Translations under genes and position numbers: made by a program
In this document: positions 23,888 through 34,907 of the stretch, piece by piece
Layout of the letters: every line of letters starts with the position of its first letter
How positions within the stretch are numbered: position 1 is the stretch's first letter
The notes under the pieces: model-generated
What the model was told of the DNA's origin: nothing
The model's database searches: none
What the model saw: only the letters and a program-made list of their open reading frames with translations
From: Lachnospiraceae bacterium
GTDB lineage: Bacteria > Bacillota_I > Bacilli_A > Erysipelotrichales > Erysipelotrichaceae
Assembly (NCBI GenBank): GCA_963638375.1
Contig: CAVHRL010000001.1
Span: forward strand, 1-58,514
Length of the DNA stretch: 58,514 nt
Direction: 5' to 3'

Positions 23888-25105
23888 ATGAAAAAATTAT
23901 TATTAACATTAATAACAACTACTTTTTTGATTACAGGTTGTTCAAGTTCAAAACAAAATAGTGACAGTTCTACAAGCTCTCAAGCTCCTTCAACAAAGAA
24001 GCTAAAGAATCTTAAAGGTAATGCATATGAATCTTTTTCAAATTCTGTTAAGAATGCAAAAGATTCCAATTCATTTAGTGCTGCTGTTAATTCAACATAT
24101 ACATTGAGTTATAGTGACGATACAAAAGATATTTTTGAATTTGATGGGGTATTAGAAAAAGAAGTAACAGAGGATGATACAAAAGCACATGTAACACAGA
24201 ACATTGAATCAAATGGTGGTACTTTTAATTTAGAAGGTTATTACTATAAAGGTAAATTATATAACACGTATAACGATGTTAGTTACTACGAAGAAATGGA
24301 ATATTCTGATTTAGAAAAAACAATGCTTGTACCATTACATTGTTATGCATATACACAAGATTCTATTGAATCTATTAAAGCACAAGAAGATGAAGATGGG
24401 AATATTATCTATACGATTCAATTGAAGAATGATTCTGCCGCAGATTTATTTAGTGATCGATATGATACCTATGGCTTGAATAGTTATGATAATTATCAAG
24501 TTAGTAGTAATGAAATCGTTGATACTTTTGATTCAGATGGGTATTTTGTTTCTGAAACAACAACTTTTGAAACTTCTGTAACAAGTAGTGATCAAACAGT
24601 TGGTGTTACATTTACAAGTTCTTTGAATTATTTAAAGATCGATTCTACAGAAGTTACAATTTCTGATGAGTTAAAGAAAGAACAAAAAGAATATGTATAT
24701 TATGAAGATATTGATACTTCATCTATATCTTCAGATTCTCAATACGATGATACAGAAGAAGATACAACAACCGCAACATTTAAGAAACGTTTAGTGAATC
24801 GTTTAGGATATGAGATCGATGATAGTGGAGTGTATACGCAAAGTTATAATGATAATGAATCATATACAATAAATTTTGATAATTATACATTTACTTATAC
24901 ACGTTATAGTATAAGCTATACATATAACTGGAAAGGTAATGTTGGTACAATGGGATCCTGTACAGTAAACTACAATCAAGATAAACAGTCATCTAGTTGT
25001 GAAGATAGTACAGTAGAAATGATGAAAACAGTTGAACAATACTTTGAAATGGAATTGTATTATTGCGGATTGTCATTAAGCGATTTAAGAAGTGAAATTC
25101 AATAG
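23888..25105 (+). CDS. Acidic lipoprotein of unknown function
   Basis: Signal peptide with ITGC lipobox, Ser-rich linker, D/E/Y/T-rich body. Confidence 0.75.
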   Translation: MKKLLLTLITTTFLITGCSSSKQNSDSSTSSQAPSTKKLKNLKGNAYESFSNSVKNAKDSNSFSAAVNSTYTLSYSDDTKDIFEFDGVLEKEVTEDDTKAHVTQNIESNGGTFNLEGYYYKGKLYNTYNDVSYYEEMEYSDLEKTMLVPLHCYAYTQDSIESIKAQEDEDGNIIYTIQLKNDSAADLFSDRYDTYGLNSYDNYQVSSNEIVDTFDSDGYFVSETTTFETSVTSSDQTVGVTFTSSLNYLKIDSTEVTISDELKKEQKEYVYYEDIDTSSISSDSQYDDTEEDTTTATFKKRLVNRLGYEIDDSGVYTQSYNDNESYTINFDNYTFTYTRYSISYTYNWKGNVGTMGSCTVNYNQDKQSSSCEDSTVEMMKTVEQYFEMELYYCGLSLSDLRSEIQ

Positions 25106-25117
25106 AGGAGGAATTTT

Positions 25118-25384
25118 ATGAGAGCCGTTATTTCAGTAGTTGGAAAAGATAAACCAGGTATTCTCGCATTTGTTGCGACAAAATGTGCAAATCAAAAAAT
25201 CAATATTGTTGACGTAACACAAAAGGTATTACAAGATTTATTCACTATGATGATGATCGTTGAAATTCCTGATGGATTAAAGGTACAAGATATTTCTAAA
25301 GAATTTGAAAAGTATGGGGATGAAGAAGGATTAGATATTCATGTAATGTCTGAAGATATCTTCAATGCGATGCATACGATTTGA
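25118..25384 (+). CDS. ACT-domain protein (UPF0237 type)
   Basis: [13 protein letters not shown]...EDIFNAMH.I; usual partner of the next gene. Confidence 0.88.
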   Translation: MRAVISVVGKDKPGILAFVATKCANQKINIVDVTQKVLQDLFTMMMIVEIPDGLKVQDISKEFEKYGDEEGLDIHVMSEDIFNAMHTI

Positions 25385-25392
25385 GGTGTATT

Positions 25393-26757
25393 ATGTGGAC
25401 AACAAATTCAGATAATATTCTTGAAACAATTCGTATGATTGAAGAAGAAAATCTAGATATCCGTACAATTACAATGGGAATTAGCTTATTAGACTGTGCG
25501 GATGCAGATATTGATAAATCATGCGAAAAAATTTATCAAAAAATAACAGAAAAGGCAAAAGATCTTGTAAAAGTAGCTAAAGAAATTGAAGGAGAATACG
25601 GTATTCCAATTATTAATCAAAGAATAACAGTAACTCCAATTTCTATGCTAGTCAGTGTTTCTGGAGGAAATCCAGTAAAATACGCTATGACATTAGATAA
25701 AGCCGCTAAAGCTGTTGGTGCTTCGTTTATTGGCGGATATTCTGCTTTGGTACAAAAAGGTATGACACCTGGTGATGAAGCTTTAATTCGTTCTATTCCC
25801 GAAGCATTAGCGTGTACAGACCTTGTTTGTTCTTCGGTGAATATTGGTTCTACAAAAGCAGGTATCAATATGGATGCAGTAAAGTTAATGGGACAAGTTG
25901 TTCGTGATAGTGCAGAAAAAACAAAAGAAAATAACTGTTATGGTGCCGCAAAACTTGTTGTATTCTGTAACGCTGTAGAAGATAATCCATTTATGGCAGG
26001 TGGCTTTCATGGTGTTAGTGAACCTGATGTTGTCATCAATACTGGAGTTTCAGGACCTGGTGTTGTACGTGAAGCAATTCGTAAAGCTGGAAAAGAAGCT
26101 TCTATGAATGAAATTGCAGAAATCATTAAAAAGACTGCATTTAAGGTAACAAGAATGGGACAACTCGTTGGCACAGAAGCAGCGAAAAGATTGAATGTAC
26201 CATTTGGTATTGTTGATTTATCTTTAGCACCTACTCCAGCGATTGGCGATTCTGTCGCACAAATTTTAGAAGAAATTGGTTTAGAAACTTGTGGTGGTCC
26301 AGGAACGACTGCGTGTCTAGCGATGTTAAATGACGCTGTGAAAAAAGGCGGTGTCATGGCAAGTTCTTCAGTAGGAGGACTTAGTGGAGCGTTTATTCCA
26401 GTCAGTGAAGATGCAGGCATGATTGCAGCGTGTGAAAAAGGTGTATTAACTTTAGAGAAACTAGAGGCAATGACTTGTGTATGTTCTGTAGGCTTAGATA
26501 TGATTATCATTCCAGGAGATACAACTGCAGAAACGATTTCTGCTATCATTGCGGATGAAGCTGCAATTGGTATGATCAACACAAAAACAACTGCTTGTAG
26601 ATTGATTCCAGCGATAGGAAAAGAAGCTGGTGAAAAGCTAGTATTTGGTGGCTTATTAGGGGAAGGTCCTATCATGCCAGTTAAGAAAACAAAAGCAGAT
26701 GTTATGATCAATCGTGGAGGAAAGATTCCTTCTCCAATCAATTCATTAAAGAACTAA
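25393..26757 (+). CDS. PFL-like family protein (DUF711/UPF0210)
   Basis: [38 protein letters not shown]. Confidence 0.9.
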   Translation: MWTTNSDNILETIRMIEEENLDIRTITMGISLLDCADADIDKSCEKIYQKITEKAKDLVKVAKEIEGEYGIPIINQRITVTPISMLVSVSGGNPVKYAMTLDKAAKAVGASFIGGYSALVQKGMTPGDEALIRSIPEALACTDLVCSSVNIGSTKAGINMDAVKLMGQVVRDSAEKTKENNCYGAAKLVVFCNAVEDNPFMAGGFHGVSEPDVVINTGVSGPGVVREAIRKAGKEASMNEIAEIIKKTAFKVTRMGQLVGTEAAKRLNVPFGIVDLSLAPTPAIGDSVAQILEEIGLETCGGPGTTACLAMLNDAVKKGGVMASSSVGGLSGAFIPVSEDAGMIAACEKGVLTLEKLEAMTCVCSVGLDMIIIPGDTTAETISAIIADEAAIGMINTKTTACRLIPAIGKEAGEKLVFGGLLGEGPIMPVKKTKADVMINRGGKIPSPINSLKN

Positions 26758-26791
26758 AAAGCTTATCCTTGTTGTGAGGATAAGCTTTTTT
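26756..26791. terminator. Bidirectional terminator
   Basis: AAAAAGCTTATCCT...AGGATAAGCTTTTT between convergent genes. Confidence 0.85.
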
Positions 26792-26792
26792 C

Positions 26793-29700
26793 CTACAATA
26801 GTGCTAGGAGATCTTCTCTTGTTAATTGGGAAGAAGATATACCATCACCAGAAAGAATACGATTCGCTAGATCACTTTTTTGGGATTGTAGTTCTAAGAT
26901 TCTTTCTTCAATTGTATCTTTCATAATCAATTTATACACAGTTACAATATTCGTTTGTCCAATACGATGAGCTCTGTCACTTGCTTGGTTTTCTACGGCT
27001 GTATTCCACCATGGATCGTAATGAATAACGATATCAGCTGCAGTTAAGTTGAGACCAGTTCCTCCAGCTTTCAAAGAAATGAGGAATAAAGGAACATCAT
27101 CTTGTTGGAATGATTCAACCATTTCTGCACGCTTTTTCTTTGGGGTTTTTCCTTCTAAAAGATAATAATCAATTTTTCTTTCTTTTAGTCGTTTTTCTAA
27201 TTCAGATAACATAGAAGTAAATTGTGAGAATAACAATATTTTATGTCCACCTTCAATTGCGTTACAAATTAAATCAATACCAATATCTGTTTTTGTAGAA
27301 TTTTGTTTATAATTGTCATAAACAAGTCCTGGGAAACAACATAATTGACGTAATCTTGTTAGTTCCGCTAATATCGCAATCTTATTTTCTTTAAACTCTT
27401 GTTCTGTTTGTTTTGTGAGAATGAGCTTTATCTTTTGTACTTCCGCATCGTAAAGTTGTTTTTGTTCACCTTCTAGAGGAGCATAGTATACTTCTTCTAA
27501 TTTATCAGGAAGATCTTTTAATACATCTTTTTTCACTCTTCTTAATACAAATGGTGTAATCATCTGATTGAGTTCTCGTTCCATCAAATCATCATTATCT
27601 CTGACAATTGGAGTCTCAAATCTTTTCTTGAATGTTTGATAGTTATAGAAGAAACCAGGCATCAAATAATCAAAGATAGACCATAATTCAGATAAACGAT
27701 TTTCAATTGGTGTACCAGTTAAGGCTAGTTTGAATGAAGCTTGGATTGCCTTGACAGCTTGTGAATTCATCGTATTTGCATTCTTAATGTATTGTGCTTC
27801 ATCAATGACTTCACATGAGAATTTGATATTTTCATAGAGCTCAATATCGCGTTGAAGAATGTGATAAGAAGTAATCAACACTTCATTTTCTTGAGAAGTT
27901 TCAATTAATTGTTTTCTTTCTTCTTGTGTACCTTGAATCATACGATGTGGTAAAGAAGGTAAGAATTTATCAATTTCTTTAGACCAGTTATAAACTAAGG
28001 AAGCAGGGCAGACAATTAAAGTTCGTTTACGATCTTTCCAATTTCCTAACATCGCAATGACTTGTAATGTTTTACCTAATCCCATCTCATCAGCAAGTAA
28101 TCCACCAAATCCATTATCTCTTAATGCACATAGCCATCTCATACCATTTAATTGATAAGATCTTAAATCAGCGTTTAAATCAGAAGGAACTTCATATTCC
28201 TCTTGGTTGATTGTTTCCATTTTTTGAATCATATGACGGAACGAATTATCATAGTCAAGATTATATGCTTGTTCATTCTGCAAAGATTCTAAATACATTG
28301 CACGATATTTAGGAACTTCTATTTTTCCGGATTCAATTTCTTTTTTCTTAATAGATAAAGTGTCTGTTAAAGCGTGTAATTCTTCAAAGTTTGAATTTTC
28401 AACATTGATAAAAGAACCATCTTTTAAACGATAAAATTTCTTCTTACGATCATATTTCGATAAAATATCAGATAATTCTTTCATTGATAAATCAAGAGAA
28501 ACAAGATCTAATTGTAATAAATCATGATCTACAGAAATACCAATATTTACTTTGGACATAGGACGTACAGTTAAATGTTTTAAACGATCGGAAATAAAGA
28601 CGGTTGTTAGAGATTGCATAGCAGGAATGGAAACGGTAATGAACTCATAAAGAGTTTCATCACTTCCATGAAATGTTAATAGAGAAGAAGTTTCATCAAA
28701 AGAAGTGAAGTATTGTTTTACTTTTTGTTCCATACTTCTTTCTTCATCTAAATCTCTATTTCCTTCTTTAGATGTGTCTAAGATGTTATAAGTGTTGGTA
28801 GAATAGATGGCTTTGATTTCACAAGTAATTACATCGTTTTGTGGGCTATCTAAATAGATTTCAAACTTTGGTGGTTCAATTGCATAGTCATATGGATCGA
28901 AATCTAAATTATCTACTAAAATATTTGTGGAAAGAATTGGATATAAATATTTAGAGAATTTAGGAAGATCTCGTTCTGCGATAAATACTTCTTCGCCATG
29001 TGCGTGATAAAGTAAGTTTAATACCATTCCAAGATTCTTTGTGGCAGGTGTCTTGTAAATCGTTGAATCCATTTCTGAAAAGATATAAAAATATCTATTT
29101 CCAGAAGCATAGATAATTTGTGGTCCTTGGAATGCATAGCCACCTTTTTTCTTTTGAATGAAAGAGCGAATATTTGGCGTGCTAGTTTCTAATTTCCATA
29201 AGAGTGGTTCAAATTGAATATGATTTTTTTCAATGATGTCAAAAAATTCATCTAAGTATCTTCCTTTTAAATCTAACTGACGATGCATCGTATCAGAAGA
29301 AAAAGTGTAATAATTATAAAAATGATCATTCTTGGATTCTAAATAATTATCATCTTTATTGTATAAACTCATCAAAAAAGAAACGAGTTTTTGTGAAGGT
29401 TCATCAAATGCTTCTAAACAATGAATAAATTCTAAATTTTTACCATAATGTTTAAATTCATTATTCGCAATTAAATCACAAAAGGAATTGATACTTTGAA
29501 CAACATACATATGTTTATCGGAAGAGCCTACTTTAAAAGAAATACCTAATGTGTTATCACGTGAATATTCAATAAAAGGCTGAAGTTTAATTTGACCTAT
29601 CACATCAGAAGATTTTGAATTTGAAATCGAATCTAATAAATCTGTAACAAGTGGACTACTTTGAATGGAAATAGGTTTTCTTTTAATACCAGAACCAATA

Positions 29701-30008
29701 GATAAAGATTCTTCATCAATATATTTTAATAAAACTGCAGCGATATGCTTGCATGGGACAAAGTTATCTTCGTAATAAGGACAAGTACAAGTTGAAGTTA
29801 TAATATTATCTCTACTTCCAAGTAAAACACGTACTTCGTAATCAGTTGAATACTCAGAGCTTTCTACCCAGGTTTCAATCTCTGTCATACCGTTCATTTC
29901 TTGTTCATAGACCATCAAATCTCCAACGTTTCCCCAGTCTTTTAAATGCTTGCCACGTTGAATCATTGCAGGAGCGATATATCTTGATAAAGCCTGTTTT
30001 GTAAGCAT
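26793..30008 (-). CDS. SWIM zinc-finger SNF2-family helicase/ATPase
   Basis: CTCP...CKH SWIM; LADEMGLGKT, DEAQ, TGTP, GGTGLNL, DRAHRIGQ. Confidence 0.95.
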   Translation of the reverse strand: MLTKQALSRYIAPAMIQRGKHLKDWGNVGDLMVYEQEMNGMTEIETWVESSEYSTDYEVRVLLGSRDNIITSTCTCPYYEDNFVPCKHIAAVLLKYIDEESLSIGSGIKRKPISIQSSPLVTDLLDSISNSKSSDVIGQIKLQPFIEYSRDNTLGISFKVGSSDKHMYVVQSINSFCDLIANNEFKHYGKNLEFIHCLEAFDEPSQKLVSFLMSLYNKDDNYLESKNDHFYNYYTFSSDTMHRQLDLKGRYLDEFFDIIEKNHIQFEPLLWKLETSTPNIRSFIQKKKGGYAFQGPQIIYASGNRYFYIFSEMDSTIYKTPATKNLGMVLNLLYHAHGEEVFIAERDLPKFSKYLYPILSTNILVDNLDFDPYDYAIEPPKFEIYLDSPQNDVITCEIKAIYSTNTYNILDTSKEGNRDLDEERSMEQKVKQYFTSFDETSSLLTFHGSDETLYEFITVSIPAMQSLTTVFISDRLKHLTVRPMSKVNIGISVDHDLLQLDLVSLDLSMKELSDILSKYDRKKKFYRLKDGSFINVENSNFEELHALTDTLSIKKKEIESGKIEVPKYRAMYLESLQNEQAYNLDYDNSFRHMIQKMETINQEEYEVPSDLNADLRSYQLNGMRWLCALRDNGFGGLLADEMGLGKTLQVIAMLGNWKDRKRTLIVCPASLVYNWSKEIDKFLPSLPHRMIQGTQEERKQLIETSQENEVLITSYHILQRDIELYENIKFSCEVIDEAQYIKNANTMNSQAVKAIQASFKLALTGTPIENRLSELWSIFDYLMPGFFYNYQTFKKRFETPIVRDNDDLMERELNQMITPFVLRRVKKDVLKDLPDKLEEVYYAPLEGEQKQLYDAEVQKIKLILTKQTEQEFKENKIAILAELTRLRQLCCFPGLVYDNYKQNSTKTDIGIDLICNAIEGGHKILLFSQFTSMLSELEKRLKERKIDYYLLEGKTPKKKRAEMVESFQQDDVPLFLISLKAGGTGLNLTAADIVIHYDPWWNTAVENQASDRAHRIGQTNIVTVYKLIMKDTIEERILELQSQKSDLANRILSGDGISSSQLTREDLLALL

Positions 30009-30093
30009 AAATTACCTCCGTCACTATCCTTATATTTTATCATAGAAGTACTTCCTTTTTGCATATATTCATAAATACTGTCATAATATTTTT

Positions 30094-30681
30094 ATGGATA
30101 AAACACTCATAGAAATACATGATAAAGCACGTGAAGAACATGTTCCAATTATGAAAGATGATGGGATGGAATTCTTGTTGAATCTCATTCAAAAGAATGA
30201 AAATATTAGAGATATTTTAGAAATAGGAACAGCGGTTGGCTACTCTTCTATTCAAATGGCAAAAATTAGATGGGATAATGTAATTGATACGTTAGAAATT
30301 AATCCTAAGATGTACGAACAAGCTTTAAAGAATATTGAAATAGAAAACTTACAAGATAGAATTCATGTACATTTAATGGATGGTGCTGAGTTTGAAACAA
30401 ATAAAATTTATGATTTGATATTCATTGATGCCGCAAAATCACAATATAGAAGATACTTAGAACATTTTATGAAGAATAGTCGCATTGGAACGGTTTTTGT
30501 TTTTGATAATTTGAACTTTCATGGAATCGTTGATGATGAAAATCTATCTCATAATCGAAGTACGATACAAATGGTACATAAAATCAAAAAGTTTAGAGAA
30601 CATATCATACAAGATCCTAGATTCGAAACAACATTCTATAATATAGGTGATGGTATTGCCGTCAGCATAAGAAAAGAATAG
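30094..30681 (+). CDS. SAM-dependent O-methyltransferase (YrrM/TrmR-like)
   Basis: VPIM, LEIGTAVGYS, FIDAAK.QY, DNL.FHG, GDG. Confidence 0.85.
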   Translation: MDKTLIEIHDKAREEHVPIMKDDGMEFLLNLIQKNENIRDILEIGTAVGYSSIQMAKIRWDNVIDTLEINPKMYEQALKNIEIENLQDRIHVHLMDGAEFETNKIYDLIFIDAAKSQYRRYLEHFMKNSRIGTVFVFDNLNFHGIVDDENLSHNRSTIQMVHKIKKFREHIIQDPRFETTFYNIGDGIAVSIRKE

Positions 30682-30701
30682 AACGAATTTCGTTCTATTC
30701 T
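30675..30701. terminator. Palindrome joining two convergent stop codons (possible bidirectional terminator)
   Basis: AGAATAGAACGAA-T-TTCGTTCTATTCT contains both TAG stops. Confidence 0.55.
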
Positions 30702-32092
30702 ACATTTGATACATGTGGTAAGACTTCTTTTGGAATCAAACATTTGTAAGAATCACCTTGGAGTCTTGTTTTTAATTCTTCTTTTGCCTTTTCAATTAAA
30801 GAAGGATCATTGTAAAGAGTCTTAGCTGCGTCGAATAAGATATCACCAGCTAACATACAACCTTTGTAGGCAATTGCACTCTTTCCTTGAGCGACCCATT
30901 GCCAACTATGTGCACCTGCACCAATGGAATAACAAGCTGTATTAACTTGTGCTGTAGGAACACACCAAGAAACATCTCCGACATCAGTTGAACCCATTTC
31001 ACAAACATCAGAATGATTTGTTTCAATGAAGTAATCATTGATAGGTCTATTTTGAACGTTATCAATAACTGCTTGTTTATCCTTTGCGAATTGAGGAAGA
31101 TCACTCATGACATTCTTGATATCATAAGTATCTTTAAATGCTTGAGCGTATGAGAGTTCTTCTTGTGTATAATCATTCTTATAGACTTTTCTAAAAGAAT
31201 CAGCTAATACATCTTCTAAAACAAAGTTAGGAACTTGGTTACTAAGTCCTTCATCAAAAATGACATCAACTGTTGTGCCAGTCATTAAAGCAGCACCTTT
31301 AGCACAATCAATAACTCTTTGATAGAGTTCTTCACATTGTGGATTTGTTGCGGAACGAACAAAGTATTTTAATACTGCTTCACTTTGTACTACATTTGGT
31401 GCTTTTCCACCAGCATTTGTATATGCATAGTGAATACGATCTGTAGGTAGCATGTGTTCTCTGAGATAGTTTACACCAACGTTCATGAGCTCGCATGCAT
31501 CTAGTGCACTTCTTCCTAAGTGAGGAGCACCTGCAGCGTGGGCAGATACGCCATGGAATTTAAAGAAACAAGAAATACAAGATTGAGAAGAACCTGTTAC
31601 GACTTGGTTATAGTTGCTTGGATGCCATGTTAGAGCTACATCACAATCACTAAAATATCCATCTCTAGCTAAATAAGCTTTTCCAGATCCACTTTCTTCT
31701 GCAGGGCAACCTACCATCTTTACTGTACCTGGTAAATTATTTTCTTGTAGGTAGTTTTTAAATTCAATCGCTGCACGAATGGAACCTGTTCCTAGTAAGT
31801 GGTGACCGCATCCATGACCTGTATCATTTGGATTTGTGATTGGTTCACAATGTGTAACATCTGCCTTTTGATTAAGTCCAAATAACGCATCATATTCAGC
31901 TAAGAAACAAATCACTGGATGACCACTACCATAAACTGCTTCGTATGCCGTTTCCATGTTTGCGATATTTTTATTAACTTGAAATCCTTCGTTTTCTAGG
32001 AATTTGCACATAGCTTGGGAAGACTTAAATTCTTCCATTCCAGTTTCAGCGTATCCCCATATTTCATCAATTAAAGCTTGATAATCTGCCAT
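30695..32092 (-). CDS. M20-family amidohydrolase (AbgB-like)
   Basis: AEYDAL, GHGCGH, GCPAEE, WHP, GSTDVGDVSW. Confidence 0.9.
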   Translation of the reverse strand: MADYQALIDEIWGYAETGMEEFKSSQAMCKFLENEGFQVNKNIANMETAYEAVYGSGHPVICFLAEYDALFGLNQKADVTHCEPITNPNDTGHGCGHHLLGTGSIRAAIEFKNYLQENNLPGTVKMVGCPAEESGSGKAYLARDGYFSDCDVALTWHPSNYNQVVTGSSQSCISCFFKFHGVSAHAAGAPHLGRSALDACELMNVGVNYLREHMLPTDRIHYAYTNAGGKAPNVVQSEAVLKYFVRSATNPQCEELYQRVIDCAKGAALMTGTTVDVIFDEGLSNQVPNFVLEDVLADSFRKVYKNDYTQEELSYAQAFKDTYDIKNVMSDLPQFAKDKQAVIDNVQNRPINDYFIETNHSDVCEMGSTDVGDVSWCVPTAQVNTACYSIGAGAHSWQWVAQGKSAIAYKGCMLAGDILFDAAKTLYNDPSLIEKAKEELKTRLQGDSYKCLIPKEVLPHVSNVE

Positions 32093-32100
32093 AATTCCTC

Positions 32101-32838
32101 CTAATTGTCTAAATATCTCTTTAAGAAATCTCTTGTTCTTTCATTCTTAGGTGCACCAAAGATTTCTTGAGGTGTACCTTCTTCTAAGATGATACCTTTA
32201 TCCATAAATACAACACGATTGCTGACTTCCTTTGCGAATGTCATTTCATGAGTTACAACAACCATTGTCATACCTTCTTCAGCTAATTGCTTCATAACGT
32301 CTAATACTTCACCAACGATTTCTGGATCTAATGCAGAAGTTGGTTCATCAAACAACATGATCTTTGGATTCATACATAACGCTCTAGCAATCGCAACTCT
32401 TTGTTTTTGACCGCCAGATAGTGTCTTAGTAGATGCATGAATGAAATCTTGCATTCCAACTTGAATCAAACGTTCTGTAGCGAGCTTCTCTGCTTCTTGT
32501 TTATTCATGTGTTTGATCATCACTGGAGCTAATGTACAGTTATCCAATACATTCATATTTGGGAATAAGTTGAAGGATTGGAATACCATTCCAATATCTT
32601 CTCTTAATTGATTGATATTTGTACTAAGATCCGTAAGATCAGCATTTTCAAAATAGATATGTCCTGAATCTGGTTCTTCTAATAGATTGATACAACGTAA
32701 CATTGTACTTTTACCTGAACCTGAAGCACCAATTACAGTAACAACTTCACCTTGATGAACTGTAAGATTGATATCTGTTAGTACACGTAAGGAACCAAAA
32801 GACTTTTCTAGATTTTCAATTTTTAATATCTCGTTCAT
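32101..32838 (-). CDS. Polar amino-acid ABC transporter ATP-binding subunit
   Basis: [28 protein letters not shown]. Confidence 0.95.
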   Translation of the reverse strand: MNEILKIENLEKSFGSLRVLTDINLTVHQGEVVTVIGASGSGKSTMLRCINLLEEPDSGHIYFENADLTDLSTNINQLREDIGMVFQSFNLFPNMNVLDNCTLAPVMIKHMNKQEAEKLATERLIQVGMQDFIHASTKTLSGGQKQRVAIARALCMNPKIMLFDEPTSALDPEIVGEVLDVMKQLAEEGMTMVVVTHEMTFAKEVSNRVVFMDKGIILEEGTPQEIFGAPKNERTRDFLKRYLDN

Positions 32839-32847
32839 AGTTCCTCC

Positions 32848-33957
32848 TTAATTACTACTAGGAACGCCATGTTGTACTGGCATATCCATTCTCTTTGCGA
32901 AGAAGTTCATTAAAGCTTGTAAGCAAAGTGTCAATATGAAGTAGATGACTGCAGTAATCATATACGTTTCTAGATATACATAATATGTACCCGCAATCGT
33001 AGTTGTCATGAACATTAATTCAGTCATACCAACAACATTCATAACAGAAGTATCCTTGATATTAATGATAAATTCATTACAAATTGCAGGAATACTATTT
33101 CTAATTGCTTGTGGGAAAATAACTTTACGCATTGTTTGCCAATTACTGAGACCTAAAGAACGTGCAGCTTCTACCTGTCCTTTATCAATTGCTTCAACAG
33201 ATCCTCTTAAGATTTCTGTAATATAAGCAGCAGTATTTAAAGATACCGTTACAGCTGAAGCGAAGAATACAGAATAAATACCATTGAGTTCTGTTACAGT
33301 CATATTAGGAAATAATGTACGAATGAAGCGGAAACCAGCATAATAAATGACTAATCCCTGTACCATCATAGGTGTTCCACGAATGATGGTAACGTAGAAA
33401 GAACCGATTGCGTTTCCTGTTAGTTTTAAAGCTTGAAAGAATTCAGAATCTCTTTTATCTGGTTTAGAAATACGACAGAATACAAGTAACATCGCAATGA
33501 TGAAACCTACGATAGTACCAACCAACGCAAGCTCTAAAGTATGAACGATACCTGTATAGAATGTCTTGAAGTTGTTGATAAAGATATATGCCATTGTACT
33601 AAAGAAAGTTAATCCTTTTTGAGAACTAGAAGTCATCGCAACGATGATGTCAGAAACACCAGCAAGTAATACACGATCAATAATGGCTAATAAGAATACA
33701 ACAAATGAAATAGAAACAAAGATCTTCTCAACAATGTTATTTTCTTTGTTGTGTAAAAACACATGTTTTACAAAGATGACAATTGAAGAAATCAATCCTA
33801 AATAAACAAATACTTTTACCAATACATTAGGCAAGAAGAAAAGGATACAAATGAGGTTTACATTAACAGGAGAATAGGAGTTGATAAAACAACTCCCAAT
33901 GATTCCTGCAAATACACTCAGCATCCATATATGATTTTTCCAAGTGATTTGATTCAT
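32848..33957 (-). CDS. Polar amino-acid ABC permease with extra N-terminal TM region
   Basis: RGTPM.VQ, AAYITEILRG, GQ.EAARSLG, IKDTS. Confidence 0.92.
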   Translation of the reverse strand: MNQITWKNHIWMLSVFAGIIGSCFINSYSPVNVNLICILFFLPNVLVKVFVYLGLISSIVIFVKHVFLHNKENNIVEKIFVSISFVVFLLAIIDRVLLAGVSDIIVAMTSSSQKGLTFFSTMAYIFINNFKTFYTGIVHTLELALVGTIVGFIIAMLLVFCRISKPDKRDSEFFQALKLTGNAIGSFYVTIIRGTPMMVQGLVIYYAGFRFIRTLFPNMTVTELNGIYSVFFASAVTVSLNTAAYITEILRGSVEAIDKGQVEAARSLGLSNWQTMRKVIFPQAIRNSIPAICNEFIINIKDTSVMNVVGMTELMFMTTTIAGTYYVYLETYMITAVIYFILTLCLQALMNFFAKRMDMPVQHGVPSSN

Positions 33958-33965
33958 AAAACTCC

Positions 33966-34829
33966 TTATTCTGGTTGACTAGCAACTGCTTGTTCCCAAA
34001 TCTGTTCTCTTGTTTCTGTGTCGATATGAGATAGCGCTGTGTTAACTTCATCTAATAAATCTGTATCTTCTAGACGAATACCTACACATGATCCAGTGAA
34101 TTCAAGCGTGAAACCATGACCATCTTCAAATTGAAGAATTGTGTAATTGTCATCATCACCATATAACGCATCAGCTGTATCATCGTCTAAGATAACTGCA
34201 TCTACAAGACCTTCTTGTAATTGAGATGCCATGTTTGGAACATCTTGTGCTGGTGTAGCGTGTACAACGCCTTCGATTTGATCAATGGCAGTATCGTAGA
34301 ATGTATTGATTTGTCCAATGACAGTAGCACCTGCAAATTCTTGAATGTCTGTAGCGTCCTTGTATGGGCTATCTACTGGTACAACCAATACATATTGAGA
34401 TTTCTTATGAGAATATGTATCAGAGAAGGCAATGGATTCCTTACGTTCAGGAGTATCAGCCATACCTGCGATGATAAGATCGATTTGACCTTCCTTCAAT
34501 GCTTGAATCAAACCAGTCCAAGCTAACTTCACGATTTCAATATCAACATCCATTTCTTCAGCTAATAGCTTAGACATTTGAACATCATAACCTTCAGCGT
34601 AGAAACCATCTAAATTAGAAATAGGAAGGTTTGTATCAGAAGCAGTATCTTCTTGCCAGTTACTTGGTGCATAATCACATTCCATACCAATTCTTAAAAC
34701 TGTTTTCTTTGTAGAAGAAGAGTCAGTTGTTTCAGTAGCAGAAGTAGAAGTGTCAGTTAGTCCTGCAGTACATCCTGCAAGAGATAGGCTCATAGCGAGC
34801 GCACATAGTGTTGTAATAAATCTTTTCAT
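33966..34829 (-). CDS. Polar amino-acid ABC substrate-binding lipoprotein (family 3)
   Basis: LAGC lipobox; GMECDYAP.NW, GYDV, IIAGM..TPER; start set at MKRF. Confidence 0.92.
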   Translation of the reverse strand: MKRFITTLCALAMSLSLAGCTAGLTDTSTSATETTDSSSTKKTVLRIGMECDYAPSNWQEDTASDTNLPISNLDGFYAEGYDVQMSKLLAEEMDVDIEIVKLAWTGLIQALKEGQIDLIIAGMADTPERKESIAFSDTYSHKKSQYVLVVPVDSPYKDATDIQEFAGATVIGQINTFYDTAIDQIEGVVHATPAQDVPNMASQLQEGLVDAVILDDDTADALYGDDDNYTILQFEDGHGFTLEFTGSCVGIRLEDTDLLDEVNTALSHIDTETREQIWEQAVASQPE

Positions 34830-34861
34830 GTTTTTTTCTCTCACTTTCGTTTTTGTATAAA

Positions 34862-34886
34862 AATAAAAACGTCCCGTAAGAGACGT
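34862..34886 (-). terminator. Riboswitch-associated attenuator
   Basis: Minus strand ACGTCTC-TTAC-GGGACGT-TTTT between the aptamer and the first gene. Confidence 0.75.
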
Positions 34887-34907
34887 GATTGTACAAATAA
34901 ATCTGAA

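Noticed and set aside
26007..26741. 244-aa antisense ORF and the many other antisense or alternate-frame ORFs in fusA, tuf, r-protein and pst genes
   Set aside because: Shadow frames of strongly codon-biased genes; no independent evidence.
26793..30008. SNF2 helicase as part of a defence system
   Set aside because: The SWIM-SNF2 architecture is a common solitary Firmicute gene, and no methylase or nuclease partners are adjacent.
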